From Emiliania huxleyi CCMP1516 (Eukaryota), in contig NW_005201231.1 in the NCBI RefSeq assembly GCF_000372725.1, forward strand, positions 115,254 through 176,017: DNA of 60,764 bases, read 5' to 3'. The notes beneath the pieces were generated by a model. The model had not been told where the DNA came from. It did not search any database and saw nothing but the letters and a program-made list of their open reading frames with translations. Of this stretch, positions 22,388 to 34,300 are shown one piece after another (position 1 is the first letter of the stretch; each line of letters begins with the position of its first letter). The translations under genes and the position numbers were made by a program.

Positions 22388-23044
22388 ATGCATGTGTGGT
22401 TAGCAAGTTGGGTCCTCATGCATGCAAACAGCCGCATCGCACATCGTTCATCGGCGCGGACGATTCATGGGGGGATATGGTCGCCTCACGCCAAAAAGGC
22501 CCGGCAGAAGGCGAACAAGGCGGAGAGGAAGGCTGCGGCGGCGGCCGCGAGCGAGGCCGAGCGTGCGGACTACCCGCACGCGCAGCTGCGCGAGAACGTC
22601 GAGTTCGTGATGGAGGGCTTGGGGGCTGCGGCGCAGGCGGCGCGCAACCCCAGCGGGTCCAATATTCAGGTCGCCTACTCGCTGCCTCCCGAGGGGGGCA
22701 GCGGGTTCGGCGACCTGGTGTACGCCACGGTCCCTCTGGGCTCCGTGGCGACGAAGGTCGCCCGGGACTGGCTCGCCAACGAGCTCTACGAGCCGTCCCG
22801 GAGCGGCAAAATTGATGCGGCCTGCAGGGACCGAAAGGTCGCCGACCTGATCACGGCTGCCGGCGCCTCGGCGCCGGCCGACGCCGTGTTCGGCGGCAGG
22901 TTCGCGACGGGCGAGGCGCCCCGCCCGACGACCCCCGCCTCCGAGGCGGACGAGGGGGACGGCGTCGGCGGCGATGGCGGGACCGGCATCGAGCACTTTG
23001 ACCTTTTCGAGCCGGACCCCACCACCCCCATGGAGGATCTCTGA
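22388..23044 (+). CDS. Hypothetical protein
   Basis: 218-aa ORF with coding-like GC3 bias from ~22480; start uncertain. Confidence 0.4.
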   Translation: MHVWLASWVLMHANSRIAHRSSARTIHGGIWSPHAKKARQKANKAERKAAAAAASEAERADYPHAQLRENVEFVMEGLGAAAQAARNPSGSNIQVAYSLPPEGGSGFGDLVYATVPLGSVATKVARDWLANELYEPSRSGKIDAACRDRKVADLITAAGASAPADAVFGGRFATGEAPRPTTPASEADEGDGVGGDGGTGIEHFDLFEPDPTTPMEDL

Positions 23045-23354
23045 GGTCCTCCCCAGTCTCACCCCACCTTACCTCTGCCCCCCCCTCCCCCCATCCCTCT
23101 GCCTCCCATAGGGCAGGATAGCACTAGCATATGCGCCTAGTGCGCACTGGGCCCACATAGATGTGACCCGCCCACTCGAGTGCGGCGCCCAGATGCTAGT
23201 GCTTGAGAGGACACCACAAACGCGGCACGGCCCGTTTTGGATGTCTGCGGAGATTCTGTCTTAGCACACACAGTGAGTCATTCGGAGTCATTCGATGGCC
23301 AGAGTGCGATTGTGTGTGTGCGGGAGTTGGTTTGTCGGGAGGGAGGGGCAGGCT

Positions 23355-23504
23355 GCTCACCCACGTGCACCGGGCCAGTGCTTGCACTTTGAATGCCGTG
23401 GGGCTCCTGCCCGTGTCCGGGTGTGGAGATGCGAGGGTCGCCCCCCCTTGCCCCACCACTTTGTGTGTGTGGAGAAATTTACCTTACCTTACCTTACCTT
23501 ACCT
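23355..23504 (+). mobile_element. 3' end of non-LTR retroposon/SINE with (CCTTA)n tail, copy 2
   Basis: Diverged copy of 16958-17109. Confidence 0.8.
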
Positions 23505-23806
23505 CACGCCTCCATCGGCATCGCGCGGCTCACGCTCCGCGTGGAACGCTAATCGGTAAGTGCTGCGGCGTGCGTTTTGACTCCGCACCAGCTCCGCACA
23601 CACCGCGTTCGCGTAAACTTGTCCTAACTCCTATGATTTTTTTCAGTGTACGTACTTTTAGCTTACAACAAAACAAAACAAAGTAGCTTACTAGAAAAGG
23701 GAGAGGGAAGCCCGTGTTCTCTAGGCCCCTAAGGGCCCTACGCCGGGCAGCGAGTAGACAAAAGTTGTTATCAACAGAGTTGAGAAGACAGATCTGAGCG
23801 CTCGCG

Positions 23807-26800
23807 ATGGACAGCGGCGTGACGCCGCCAGCCTCGAAAAGGAGCCGGGCGCACTCAATCTGCCCTGCCTGGCTCGCGAAGCAAAATACAGCGCGGAAGC
23901 GCCGCCGCCATTCGTCGCCCCGCCCTCGAGCAGCAGCCGCACCGCCTCGGCCCATGCCTCCCATGCCTCCCATGCCTCCCAAGCCCACCCTGCTCCGCCC
24001 GAGCCCGGAGTACCTCGCTAAGAAGCGCAGCGAAGAGGGTAAGGCCAAAAAGGCTGCGATCCAGCCGCGAGACGACTCGGTCGACGTCGCTCTCTGTGTC
24101 ACCGGCGGCGGGTTGGTGCCGCCCGCTGAGATGCTGGGCGTCTTTCGAGGCTTTGCAAAGAAGGAGGTGGAGCAGCGCCGACCCGATGCATGCTCGAAGA
24201 ACGCGCTCGACAACTTCGACATCATCTCTGGCGCTTCGGGTGGCTATCTCGCGTCCACCATGCACGCTACTGCTGCCTCCACCGCCATCGCCCATAAACG
24301 GTCGTCACTCCACCTTGCCGCGAGTAGGTACTGCTACTCCCAGTGCGACCCGGCCAAATATCTCGAGACTTCCCGCGTGACGCGCCCCTGCGAGATCACG
24401 CCCGCCTGCATGGAGCGGCTCGAGCCGGTGAGCAAGGAGTACGGCTCGTATGGAAGCATCCTGCACCAGCCCGGCCTGTGCTGCGCGGGCACCGAGGCGT
24501 GCCAGTCGCAGTGCTGCTTCCCCGACGTCTTCTGGCTCTGCATGGCGGGCATCCTGGGCGCGCCTCTCTTGCGAATCGCACTCTCATCTTTCCCCCTCGC
24601 ACAGAGAGGGGGGCAGACTGCCCACACCCGTCCCTCGCCCCCACAGGCTTTCCGTACCGCATCCTCACTTGCGGAAAGTGCCCGTTCCGCGCGCGCTGGC
24701 CCCTCGCCTGCGGCGACCCGGCCATCTTCATCGAGTTCATGTGGCACACCCTTCTCGACCCCATCGGCATCAAAAAGGGCATGTACACGGCAGCCAGCGA
24801 GGCGCCCGCGCAAACCCTCACCCTCGCCTCACGACGTGTGCGTAGCTGACCCATCCTCGTAGACGCTGACCCCGCCTCGTGCCCCCCGTGCTCGTCCGCC
24901 GCAGGAGGAGGCCACGCTCCTCGCCGCCGCCGAGGTGGGGAGCGAGAAGAAGGAATACGTCTGGCCGCGGAAGGAGTCGCCGACGCCCGTGGGCATCTCG
25001 ACCATGGTGCAGCATCGCATGCGGGGGAGAGGGGAGGGGGGGCACAGCGAGGAGGGGCTGATGACGGGGCCTCTGCTCGTGTAGGCCTCACTGAGCAATG
25101 TGAGCCCCTACCAGTACACCGGCCCGTTGTACACTTGGCTCGTCAAGGCGCCCCGTCCGAGAGGAGACTGGGAGCAGCCTCCACCACACTCATGCACTCG
25201 CTGCTTTGTTGGCCGCCGCTCGAGGCACACGCCCCCCCCCACCAACCCTTCACCCCACCACCCACCACCCTTGCATCTGCCTTTAGGCGTGGAACGAGTC
25301 TGTAGAGATCTCAAAGAAGATGGCGAAAAACAACGACCCGTTTGTGCCCAAGCGCCCCCTCGAGGCAGGCCAGCAGCGGCAAGAGGCCAACCCGACTGCG
25401 CTCGTGGACTTGAATTCGCGGGATCCGGACCTGCTGTCTGCTGATTACGAGCTCCAGCTGGGCGAGGGCGTCAAGCAGGCCCTTGACTTCCAGTGGGGCA
25501 CGACAGGGATCAGCGAGTACAAGGAGTACAAGTTTGCACAGCCCGGCAACGCGCTCGGAATCTCCGTCGTGCCGTTTGTGTGGAGCCGTAGATGCCAGGA
25601 CACACACGATGACGCACGCGGGGAAGCAGGTCCCAATCGCTCCTCAGCGACCCTCTGCCGCCCGTCTCGTCACTTTGCCGCCCCCGCCGCAGGTCTTCAC
25701 CCCGGGCTCTGTCGAGACCAAGTACACTGCGGTGAACAAGGACGGCAGCAGCAAGGTCGTCATCCCGCCCGTGGGGATGTGGATGATCTGCGGCGGCCCC
25801 CGTGGGCAAAACAATTGGTTTAAAGAGGCATTTTTGGGGGGGGGGGAACTTCGGGGGGGGGGGGGATTTTTCCCCCTCCCCCTAAAAGACCTTTGGGCCC
25901 CTTTTTTTTAAAAATTTTTTTACGGCCCCCCCCCCCGGGGGGTTTTCCCCCCCCCCCCCCCCCCGGTGGGTTTTTTTTTGGGGCCCCCCCCCCCCCCCCC
26001 CCCCCCGACTGCCCCCCCCTGCAGAACGAGGACTTCGTGCTCGCGCCTGACTTTGTCCCGTACGGCCACTCGCCTGGCGCGCCTCACCTCTCGCCTGAGA
26101 CCACGATCGGCATGGGCGGCGACGCATTCGGTATTCCCGCGGTGGTCTTGCCGGGCCTCTGCTGCGGCCTCTGCCCCTGCGTCGGCAGCCTCTTCTGCTG
26201 CCCCCTGCGCGAGTTCGACGCGCGCCGCTCAGTACCGAAAGGGGGGGGGGGGTATACGCTGTCTGCTCAGGAGCGTCCCGGCATGAACAGGTGTCGCTCA
26301 AGATCCGCACAAATCCGGCCGACGCCTCCGAGACTGTCCTCTTCTCGGACGGCGGACTGCTCGACAACACGGCGGTCACCTCCGCCGTCGCCAAGGGGGC
26401 GAGCAAGGCGAGCTGATGGGAGGCGCTCTCGCCGCTTGCAGCGCGAGCATTCGACTGCCGCCCCCCTGCCTCCGCCGCAGGTGGTCTCCATCCTCACAAA
26501 CATCAGCGCGCCCTACGTGAAAGACTTCTTCAATGACCAAAGAAAGGTCATCAAGCCCGAGTTGGCCGCCCTCTTTGGCATCGTGTACCAAGAGCCGCCG
26601 GCCGCTCTCAAGTATGGCGCGATAGCCCCCCCCTCCAACGGGCTCACCCCGCAGCTCTGCCACGGGTTGCGCAACACCTGTTCGTACTACCTAAACACGT
26701 CGGCGACGGACTGCTTCGGGCTCGGAAACGTCGTCGATGCGGGGGTTGCGCCGTTCTACCTCCTGGCCCACATCTTCGACAACACGGCCGGGGCCTTTGA

Positions 26801-27550
26801 CGTCGACGCGATGCTGCCGATCGTCAACAAGCTCCCGAAGAGCGGCAAGCCCTACACCAGAGTCGATCTCGAGGCGATGACGCCCTACAAGTTGCTCGTC
26901 ACGCAGTTCGATGACCGCCACAAGTGCGGCAAGGCCATCGCTGGCACCCTCAAGGTACCTCGCCCCGCCTCGCTCCCGCCCTTTGCTTTACCCCTATCTA
27001 TCCCTCTGCGCGCCCAGCCCCCCGCCACCAAACCCCTTTCAGGGCCTAAAGGTGCTCGACAACCCGTACTTCGGGACCAAGAAAGACCAGAAGGACGTCG
27101 ACCTCACGGTGGTCGTGCTCGATCAGCCTAAGAACTGGAAGGACGAGGTCAACGCGAACCCGCAGCTCAACCCAGGGCATGCCTCCGGCGTGGACCTCTT
27201 CACGCAAACGGATCTCCTCCAGCTCCTTTGCTGCCCGGGCCACGAGGCCTCCTTCGGCTCGACCTCGTGCTTTAACTTCAAGGCCTACAAAACGTGCTGC
27301 ATCAAAACCGACCCCTTCCCGTACTACCTCGAGGCCTTCCCCGTGCGGAACTACTCGAAGCCGACGCTCAACCTCTGTGGCTACATGGGCGCGCCCTAGC
27401 ACGCGCCCCACACACTAGCACACGCCCTAGCACACACCCACATACGTCACCCGCGCGCTCCCGCGAGCAGGCGACTGGATCGTCGATGACGCGTGGGACC
27501 TGCTGAAGGACACCTTCGAGGCGCCCGGCGCCCCGTCGACCTCCGCGTGA
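23807..27550 (+). CDS. Patatin/cPLA2/lysophospholipase-like protein, multi-exon
   Basis: VALCVTGGG oxyanion loop, IISGASGG nucleophile elbow (24230-24244) and FSDGGLLDN catalytic Asp motif (26348-26356). Last exon DWIVDDAWDLL...TGA at 27550. Low-quality homopolymer stretch at ~25810-26020. Confidence 0.75.
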
Positions 27551-28323
27551 GAGGTCGCGGCACGGCTTGCTTCGACGCCTATAACCGCTCCAGGCCGAAT
27601 GAGTCTGGTGGCCACACCTTGACTTTGCCTACGTGCCGGTCTATGACATGTTCTCGTCTGATGTGCTGCTGATTTGTGCCATGTCGCATGTGCGGGGACC
27701 GCGACGCAGGGGTGTGGGGGCACACGTCTCCCGTCCCAGCGAGCTAGGATCTCCGCTTTTTCTCCCCTTGCTAGTCATCCGCCCGCGCCGCGCGCCACCT
27801 ATGGACGACAAGTGCAGCTGGTCGACGCCTCGCCTGAAGTCGGGTGATGCTGGGCTCGCGCACTGCTTACTGTAAGCCATAGCCCCGTACTAACAGCTTT
27901 TCCGCACACCATATCCGGTATTCCGCGCCGCAAAGCCGTACACATGGACACAGCTCAGCAAGGGTTTGTGTGTACGATAGGGACCTTGACCTGTCGCATC
28001 ATTCACACATTGTGCCTGCTCGGTGCTGCCAGTGACGGCAAAGCAATGAATCACTGACTGCAGACTGGGTGGGACGTCGCTCAGACAGACAGACCTCAGA
28101 GGACCGCAGTGCCTCGACCACCTCTCTCTTTGCCTGCGTTCGCGCGTTCGCTTCATCGAGGGGTCGTGGTTGCAGCATCTGTACTCCTGTACGGCTTTAC
28201 CAGCTCCAGCGAGCTGCCCTCTACTTGTACACACACACGATATGCACAGGTCTGGTTCATGCATTTTACCGTACGTACTTGATAAAGTACGGGCTACGGC
28301 CCAGTGGTCGGGCCACCACAGTT

Positions 28324-31300
28324 TCAGATCTGCTCCTCAAGATAGCGCCGCAATCTTTTGATCTCGGGTTTCTTGAGTCCGAGCTTGCCGAGGTCTACGT
28401 CGTCGGCCTCTCTGAGGTCAGTCAGCTCAGAATATCCGGCATCGTGCAGCACACTCGCATACGCGGTGAGCTTAGCCTCCTCGAGAAGCGCCGCCATTGC
28501 ACGCCCTCGAGGAGAGCTCATCGGGGAGGCGTGCACCGTTGACGCGGACTCGGCCGCGGAAGTCGACATGGAGGAGCCCATTGAGCCCGCCTCGCCGGTG
28601 GCAGCGGCCGAAGCGAAGGGGGACGAGCCGTCAGTTCGAAGCGACTCTTCGATGCCGTGCGCCAGGTTGCGATGTTCAGCCGCCTGCGACCGTGCTTCCG
28701 ACGCCTCGATCGCCTGCGCCAGCCCCTGCTGCGCCGTCGGGAAAGGAGCCTCGATAGACGCCGTCCGCGCCATCCGCGCATCTGCCTCCGCCAACGCTGC
28801 TGTTGCCGCTGTCACCGCTGCCGCCGCCGACATCACCAGCGCCGCCTCCTCCGTCGGTGACGGTGCCGGTGCCGTCGGCGTGGACGTAGCACTCGCCAGC
28901 AGCTCGAGTGCGCACTCATCAAGCAGTCGTGCATAGCCGCGGCACGCGTGGTCGTCGATGTGCGACGTCAGCGGCGCATCTGGCCGAATCCGCAGCAGCT
29001 CCGTAGGAGATCGCTGGATCGCACCCGGAAGCGCCCGGAACTCGCCGACCGGATCGTACGTCGGGATGGCGTTGGAGATGGAAAGCAGCACCCGACCCCT
29101 GCCAAAGCGGCGCGCTAGATCGACCATCTTCTCGGCATTCGGCTTGAACAGGGAGCGCGGCACAATATCGTTGCCCGCCACGTAGGTCGAGAAGCGCTGG
29201 CTTGCCGCCTGCACAATCTCGGGCGGGCCTCCGGCGACGGTCACGAGCGGTGCACCAAATCCGACAACGCCGGCGACCCGCTGCGAGAGAGTCGGCGCAA
29301 CCATGTAGAAGGCGCACATGGCGTACGCGCCTCCGAGCGAGTGGCCGGAGAAGTAGAGCGGCAGAGCGCCGGCATCTGTCGTCGAGCGGGCGACCGCGGA
29401 CTCCACAGCCTCGATGTGCGATCGCAAGTTGCCAGAGATGCCGGCGTGGAGTTTCAGCCCGCCGCCGGCCTCGCGAGACACACACGCAGCGTCAACCAGC
29501 CACTCGGTCGGGGCCTCGGTGCCCTTGAAGACGAGAGCCACAAAGTCGCCGTCGGCGCGGCCTGCGGTACGGAAGACTGCCCACTGCGGCACCTTCCAGG
29601 TGCCGCCGCCAGCAGAGCTGAAGTGCAGCACCTCCACCTGCTCGTCGACTCTCGAGTTGTCGGCACTCTTCAAGAAGAGCACCTCACCCGTGTCGTGTCG
29701 AGAGTATACCTCGTCGCTCAGCCGAGCCAGGAGCGCGTGCCGTGCGATCTCCTGCGCTGCAGCCGTGGGACGAGGAGCGCCACGCGGGGGCTGCGGGCGG
29801 CTTGATGGCGCTCGTAGCGTCTGAGTCGCCTCGAGCTCCGAGCCATGGCGCCGGAGCTCAGTCGTCAGGACCGATGCCAGAAAGGCGTAGCTGTCTGTGG
29901 TTTGCCTTTGGGTATCCTCCCGTCGCTCACGCGCCGCTTCCTCTGAGGGATCGGCCAGCTGCAGATCGATGTCGAGCCATCGTTTGGCACTCGATTTCAG
30001 CCGTCGCACGCGAGCACCAAGGCGCACAATGTCGATCTCTGCACCATCCGAGACCATATTGCCGCTGAGGCGGTCCAGCAACGCGACAGCATCCGACAGC
30101 AGTACCTGTCCTTGCTCGCCGGCGGCACGGATGTTAGCCCGGGAAGGCTGCAGCTGATCGGGGGGCAGGCTGGCTGCTGCCTCGATGCCATCGACCCAGC
30201 TATTGAGTTGACTGACAACAGCTGCTCTCACCTGCCGCCTCCAGGCCTCCAGCTGGCGACGAAGACCGCGCTCAAAGTCTTGGATCCACCCGCTCTTCGC
30301 CTCCTCGCACAGTCGCATCCATTCCGCAGGCAGGTTGCGTCCGGCCTCGGCCTGGTAGGCTGAGCAACCAGCGTCGTATACCTTCTTTATCTCCGTTGCC
30401 AGTTCCATAAACGGTGCCCGCGCAATGCCGCCGCCGGCAACCGTGGCCACAATGAGGGGCGCCACGCCGAAAGCGATTTTCGGGAGCACAGCTTTTGCAA
30501 CAGCGGCCACCAAGTTTCTCTCGACGTTAGGCGTCGTGATACTTGAGGGCACGTTGGTGACCGACGGCGTTTGCAGCTGCGAAGACGAAAGCAGCAGCGA
30601 GTGGACGGAGCCGGGAAAGTGCTTTCGAAGCAGCTCGGCCAGCTGCTCACCTGCACGCTCGAGATGGTCTCGCATCTTATTTGCCGCCCCCTCCCATGCT
30701 TGGTGAGGGGCAAGCGTCTGCTGCAACTCGGCAAAGCGCTGCTGCAGGCGAGCTGAGAGCTGGTCGACGGTGGATCCCCCGGCACACATCTTCTGAAGCT
30801 CGAGGACCAGCTCCGTCAGCCCCTCCTGCATCCGCGTGGCAGACTCTGCGATCGCGTCGGAGCACTCGGACTGCATCGCGTTTAGCGCCGCATCGAGAGT
30901 CCCCTTAGCTGCCACGGAGGTGCGTTGCACGTCGGCACGCCACTCTGGATCATCCGCGTTTGGCCTGACTCCACTCAGCAAGCCGTCCTGGTCGAGGAGC
31001 ATGCCAAGCAGCTGAGATAGGTGCTGCGCCAGCTCCTCGCAAACCCTCGCAGCACGTCGTCTGGCCGCGTCGCGCATGACTAGCTCGTCGACGGCATCCC
31101 AAAAGGCGTCGATCCCGGACAGGCGGCGCAGCGTTTCGCGAGCAGTCGACTCGTCCTCGTCGGACGGCAGACCCGCAATATCAAGCGCAGCGCGCACTCG
31201 CGCAACACGCGGATCGCTCGAGAGGTCGAACCAGGAGGCAGATACGAAGTGGACATCCGACGCTTGGAAGCCGGCCCGAACAAAGATGCGCCGCGCGTCC

Positions 31301-34300
31301 GCCATGCTCGCCTCCATGAGTGTTTGCAGGCTTTGGTCAGAGTGGTCGTCCTCATCGAGCGCCTTGTACTCCGCGTCGAGCTTGGTAATGACGATAATTG
31401 GCTGGTGGCCGCTGGCCTTTATTTGCCGCAACGCCTCTTGGAGCGGCTCGAGGCTGAGGTCGGTGAAGGAGGCGACGACGATGGGCACGTCGCATTTGCG
31501 CAAGTGGCGCTCTGCGATGGCGCGTCGGCTCTCGTCGGCCCCAAGCCCAGGAGCGTCGATGATGTTGTACGGCTTGCAGCCGACCTTTGCCGTGACGCCG
31601 ACCGCGATGTGATCAACTACGCTAGCAAGGGCCTTGATGCTCGCACCATCGTTGCCATGGACGCGAGCCCACGCGCTGACCTCCTCCTCTGAAAGTCGCA
31701 GCGTCGGAGGCGACTCCTGCTCGCTCCCATCCGGCCAAAGCGAGCAGCCAGCGAGGACGTATTCCCTGGCGAGCGCGAGCGTCTCCTCGTCAAGGAACTC
31801 GCGCACCTTCTCCGGGAGCAAATCGCGCAGCGTCGAGTCCAACTCAGCGACGGCGCTCCAGTGGAAATGCAATTCAGCGCCCTTGCTGCCGCCACCGACG
31901 TCGATTTTGATCAGGTGCGCGGTGCACTCCTTAGAGGAGACAGGCAGCATATTTTTCAGCGACGGGTAGCCTGTCTGCAGCAGCCTGCTCTTGCCAACGC
32001 TGTACACGCCGTAGACCATCAGCTCGAACTTTTCGTTCTGCAAAATACGCTCGAGGCTGCGAAGCTCGCTCAGGATGCGGGCGGGAGCCGAGTCGACCGC
32101 GCCGCCTGCGCAGTGCTTTGTCGCCACCTCGGCCACCGCCACACCGCCACGCACGATTTGCAGCAGATTCTCTTGGTCATGCCTAGCCGCACGAGCCTCG
32201 AGCTCCTCAATGCGGTCGGCGGCGCGCTGCATGCTCTGCAAAAGTAATGGCTGCCACGGGTGTCCATCGCGAAGCAGCCGGCTTTGGGCCGCGTGCTCCC
32301 AGACCCAGCGCGCCGCCTTGACGAGCTCCGCAGCCTCCTTCGTGTCAAGCTCGCATATCCCAACAAAGAGCAGGGCTGCAGCATCGCAGAGCCAGTCACC
32401 AGAGTCAATGGGCTCAGGCAGGGCGGCTGGCACGGTGCATCTTAGCAGCTCCCCCACCGCCATCCCCAATGCGGCGTCGTGATCGCGCTCGCACCGAAGA
32501 ATCGCGTGAATCGCGTTCGCGATTGCACCCAAGACGGCTGGCCAACGCAGGGACGCGTCCGTCGCGCCAAGCAGAATGGCCAGCGTGCCGTCGCTAGCGA
32601 GGCTGGCCAGCGCACGCTGCGCGGCAGCAAAGCCCGCCATGGCTGCGGCGACCAGTGCAAAGCCGGCGGCCGACGCGAGCACCGCGGGCGGCGAGCAAGC
32701 GGCACTGATCCGTACCGAGCGAGCGAGAAGACCAGCAGCATCGGAGGCGTCGGAGCTGGCCGCATCGGCGGGGTAGCCTCGCGTGTATGCGTGGCTCAGC
32801 ACGAAGGCGGCGCGAACTCGCAGATGCTCGGGCGTCGTCGTTTGCATCAGACCGACGAGACGGGCGTGGATCAGGTCCGGGTAGTTCTCAAACGGGCCGC
32901 TGCGAACGAGGAAGCTGGCTTCGAGTGCCGCGAGAGCGGCCGCAACCCACTCAATTGCGTCCTCAGACCATCCATCGGGCGACCAGTAAGCGCTGGCTTG
33001 CGTCAAGCACGAGAGAAGCGGCGCGAGAACGTCAGATGGCAAATCAGGGCTCTCAGCGACTGCCGTTAGCGCCGCCCAACTGAGCAGCATGTTATGCGGG
33101 TCGAGTAGGCCGCTCAGCGCCACAAGCGCCTTGTTCGCGCCAGGGCCATTGCTCGCGATGGTCGACAGCAGCACGTTGGGGGCAGGGCGGCCGTTGAGCG
33201 CGCGCAACAGCTTTGTGTCACGTAGCAAGGCTGCTGCACGGTCAAGTTCGCTGGAGGGAACGCCTGCATCCCGTGCGGCGGCGAGGGCAGCCTCGATCTT
33301 TGCAGGGTCGGGTCGAGAGGAGAAGAGCGAGGGCTTCTGGCTGCTAAGCAGGGACTGCCAGGCGAGGGCGAGGACCTTGTGCTCAGCGTGCGCTTTGAGC
33401 ATGTCGAGAAGAACGGTAGGAATGGACTGGCCTGACTCGTCGATGATGAAGCGGAGCGCGTCGACCTGGCCCTTTCGAGCGGCCCAATGCGCTGGCGTGA
33501 CGCCGTGCGCAGTCGCAGCCGTCAGCGCCTCGCTGCCGCACTGCTCGGCGAGGAAGCGGAGCACGTCGACATGGCCATCGACAGCGGCCCAGTGCGCTGG
33601 CGTGTGGCCGTCCGCAGCCGCAGCCGTCAGCGCCTCTCTGCCGCACTGCTCGGCGAGGAAGCGGAGCACGTCGACGTCGCCATTGCTAGCGGCGCCGTGC
33701 GCTGGCGTGGCGCCGTCCGCATTCGCAACCGTCAGCGCCTCGCTGCCGCACTGCTTGGCGAGGAAGCGGAGCACGTCGACATGGCCATCGACAGCGGCCC
33801 AGTGCGCTGGCGTGGCGCCGTCCGCAGCCGCAGCCGTCAGCGCCTCGCTGCCGCACTGCTCGGCGAGGAAGCGGAGCACGTCGACCTGGCCATTGTCAGC
33901 GGCGAGGTGCGCTGGCGTGACGCCGTTCGCATTCGCAGCGCTCAGCACCTCTGGCCCGCACTGCTCGGCGAGAGAGCGGAGAGCGTCGACGTGGCCGTTC
34001 GCAGTGGCGGCATGAGCCGGCGTGCCGCCATTCGCCCTCGCAGCCGTCAGCAGCTCTCGCCCGCACTGCTCGAAGAGATAGCGGAGCGTGTCGACATGGC
34101 CGTTGAGTGCGGCGGCGTGAGCTGGCGTGCTGCCGTTCGCCGTCGTGGCCGTCAGCACCTCTGGACCGCAGTATTCGGAGAGGAAGCGGAGCGCGTCGAC
34201 GTAACCACCGAGCGCGGCGGTGTGAGCGGGCGTCACACCGTCCGCCATCGCAGTCCGCGCCTCGGAGAGCGCAGCTATCAGCGCCTCGGTACCGCACTGA

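Noticed and set aside
25810..26020. G/C/T homopolymer-rich stretch (also 50732-50820, 55153-55249)
   Set aside because: Typical low-quality read ends, not biology.
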